From Lingula anatina (lineage: Eukaryota > Animalia > Brachiopoda): a stretch of 64,000 nucleotides of DNA. Under the pieces are notes generated by a model. It ran no database searches and was not told the origin of the DNA. It worked only from the letters and a program-made list of their open reading frames with translations. Within the stretch, counting starts at the first letter, position 1, and each line of letters starts with the position of its first letter. Location: positions 4,960,001 to 5,024,000 of the forward strand of contig CM120649.1 in the NCBI GenBank assembly GCA_051362555.1. Direction: 5' to 3'. Positions 61,501 through 64,000 of this stretch are shown here, in pieces. A program made the translations under genes and the position numbers.

Positions 61501-64000
61501 GACGACCAGACTACAACAAATTTTCAGCTGACCGCATGGTGACATCAAATAGCGCATTTTGAACTATTTCCGGCGATGGTTTGAATTTTCTGAACACAAT
61601 CCAAGAAGGGTACACACAAGCAATTCTGTACTTAAAGGTTTATTTGTGGAAAACATTTTCAGCCCAAATATTTTCAGACAAACCAAATTTAGACAATTAT
61701 TTTGCCATCCGTTCCTGTTTGGGCACGCGCCAATTCCAACAAATGAATCTCTCATTTTTTCTCGAGCCACGGAATCGGCCGAGAGTTTCCGAAAGTTAAC
61801 GACCTACCAGATTGTTCTGGCGCACTGCTAATGGTGAAAGGATGCCATTCAAACTTGGCAATCTTCGGTATATTGATAAAGAGATAGTCTCCAGGTCCGT
61901 AGTCGAAGTTAGAAGGTCGGTTGATTACTAAATGTGTAACCTGCAAAAAAAAGATAAATAGGAAAAAATGAAACGGTTAATTCACCGGAATTGCGTTTAG
62001 GAAGGGAGGGGGCAATAATTATGTGCTCGTGGAAGAATACGTTCGCATGTGCGTGCACGTGCAAGAATACTTTCGCATTTTGCAACTTTCGTATTTTGCA
62101 CCCTCTACCAGGCAGATATTATAGGCAAATTTTCAAAGGCAGAGAATCAACCCCCCCCCCCCCCCCCCCCAACAACACAATCAATAAATATATAAATGCT
62201 CAAGAAGTTGTCAAGATTGTTCTATGTTTACTGATGGTGATCTACCGGATACTTACCCTTGATGCCAGAAGCACTCCTTCCTTCACGTGCGTCTGTCCCT
62301 GGTAAAGTCTCTTTAGCCACCTGGAGCTGTAAATCTTCTCGCAGATGAAAATGGTGCACGGGGCGATGAACCACATCCAGAAACGAGAGCCATGAAGGAA
62401 AACTAATAACAGCCATGGTGCGTAGAGGAAATGAGTGAAAAAGAAGACCTAAAAACCATATGATAAAATTTTAATATTATTTCACCGTTGCCAAATTGTG
62501 TGGACACGTTTACTGATGTACACTGTATGTTCAACATTTGATAAAATATGGGAGATACATTTCTTTTATTTTTTTAATTAAAATTACCATATTGTGATTG
62601 AGGTTTAATAATAATACCATAACATTTTGGCCTAAAATACAATTGTACCTGAATAATTAATAAAAAGAGACTTCGATTTAAACATTTTATCTATATTGAA
62701 TCTTAATTACCCTGAGTGTCAGAGCAACGTAAAAGCTAGCTTGCTAAATATACCTTGTGGTGGAGTCGCTTTTACTACCTGGTATTGCTACTATGGGTTA
62801 TATATGAAATCAAGATCGAGCTGGCAATACCGGAATCTAGAACCTAGGGTAATCTTAATAAACATAATGTTAAAAAATACCTCAAAATGTCCCGAACGTC
62901 GAACACAAGGAAGCGCACCAATCACAAGTACGATAAGAATTATCACCAATAGCCAGCCAGTGATACTCGCGGATTGACCAACCCAACCAATCCCTGCCGC
63001 TGTTGTAAAAAGAGCTTCGGCAAGAGTGATGTTCAACGATGGCGAGATCATAGCTGAAAAAATCCATTTGAAATGCACATTGAATGCACGGAGCCATATC
63101 ATGATTGGTGTAAAGATGTGTGTACTAGACACTTTCGGAAACAACCGAATAACATCGAGCATTGGAAATTACTGTAAACTATAATAGCTGTTTGTCCCCT
63201 TATCTAACAATTTTGAAAAACACATAGAGGCAAGTTGGTTTAAAACAGTTTATCTTTCCATTTGTACAAAAAATCTAGATGATTGTCGGTATGTCGGAGT
63301 TAACTGTTAGTAGAAAACAAAGTTGAAAAAAAATCAACATTTGGGGAAGAAACAAGCATTTCTTTGTAATAGGAATACACTTACCGAAATTCCCAATATG
63401 GGCAAACGTATGTATCGTACTCAATATGACGATAACCACCGCCACATATTTGTGATATTTTATATGTTTATCTATGGGCAACCAGTTTCCAATCCACGTG
63501 GCCCTCAGTAAGGTCAAGGTCACTCGAAGCATCAAAGCCACAACGAGCGAACAATTGAAGTTCAGTGCCTGTCCTGAAATTGCAAGCAAGATATCAAGAA
63601 ATAAGAAAAATGGTTAATTTTGCATCGTCTTTATTGATTTGTGTGAGTTACATTCTCTCTCTTTCTCTCAAATTTATTATCCTAGAAATAACTCCAAATT
63701 AATTAATTCGTTTATCATTTGATTTATTCTTTTACCCTGTATCCATTTATTCAATTATCTACAATTAATCAATTGCGTACCGTAAATGATAAAGACATCG
63801 TTTCTATAACGAATGAATAATTACAAATATTAATTGATTAATCAAGCTTACCACAAGCACGTGCCACAATATCAAACCCTGTCACGGGTCCCTGGTTCAC
63901 GTCAAAGAAGTAATACTCCAGAGACCGGTGTGTCAGTATGACGATATTGATGATAAAGTACAAGGTGACGAAGATGATGTCCGGAATGCGGTTCTGAGCG
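58534..64000 (-). CDS. NOX5: NADPH oxidase 5-like (3' part; 5' exons, including any EF-hands, lie beyond the window)
   Basis: Exons >64000-63852, 63573-63385, 63053-62881, 62448-62257, 61940-61808, 61209-60533, 60097-59888, 59591-59477, 59148-58994, 58665-58534. Motifs ARACGQALNFN, heme His pairs (KYHK...IHTFAH; FTH...LHG), VRRSGHFEVF, EWHPFTISSAPE, YLDGPYG, IASGIGVTPFASILQS, VDFFWI, ITGLRTRTQAGRPDW, VFFCG, FRKENF-stop. Confidence 0.92.

Overview
AT-rich, intron-containing animal DNA, probably a marine invertebrate (mollusc-like repeat landscape; the taxon cannot be proven from this window). Gene models were built by hand from GT-AG sites and phases. Left to right: (1) a tandem array of five SLC16/MCT monocarboxylate-transporter-like genes on the minus strand (3.6-29.4 kb) plus an orphan exon fragment; (2) about 12 kb of repeat-rich non-coding DNA; (3) a 10-exon LRRC63-like gene (minus) lying head-to-head, with 216 bp between start codons, with (4) an agmatinase/guanidino-acid hydrolase (AGMAT, plus); and (5) the 3' ten exons of a NOX5-type NADPH oxidase (minus, running off the window end). 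The standout is AGMAT. Its catalytic exon 4, which carries the DAHxD metal-binding motif and the loops around the substrate pocket, is present as four intact, diverged, 201-nt phase-0 copies between single constitutive exons. This is the signature of a mutually exclusive exon cassette that would swap the active-site module of one enzyme. The introns of the cassette hold candidate competing docking/selector RNA pairings and clusters of UGCAUG (RBFOX) and YCAY (Nova) motifs. Several MITE-like and HINE-like elements and microsatellites are also present.
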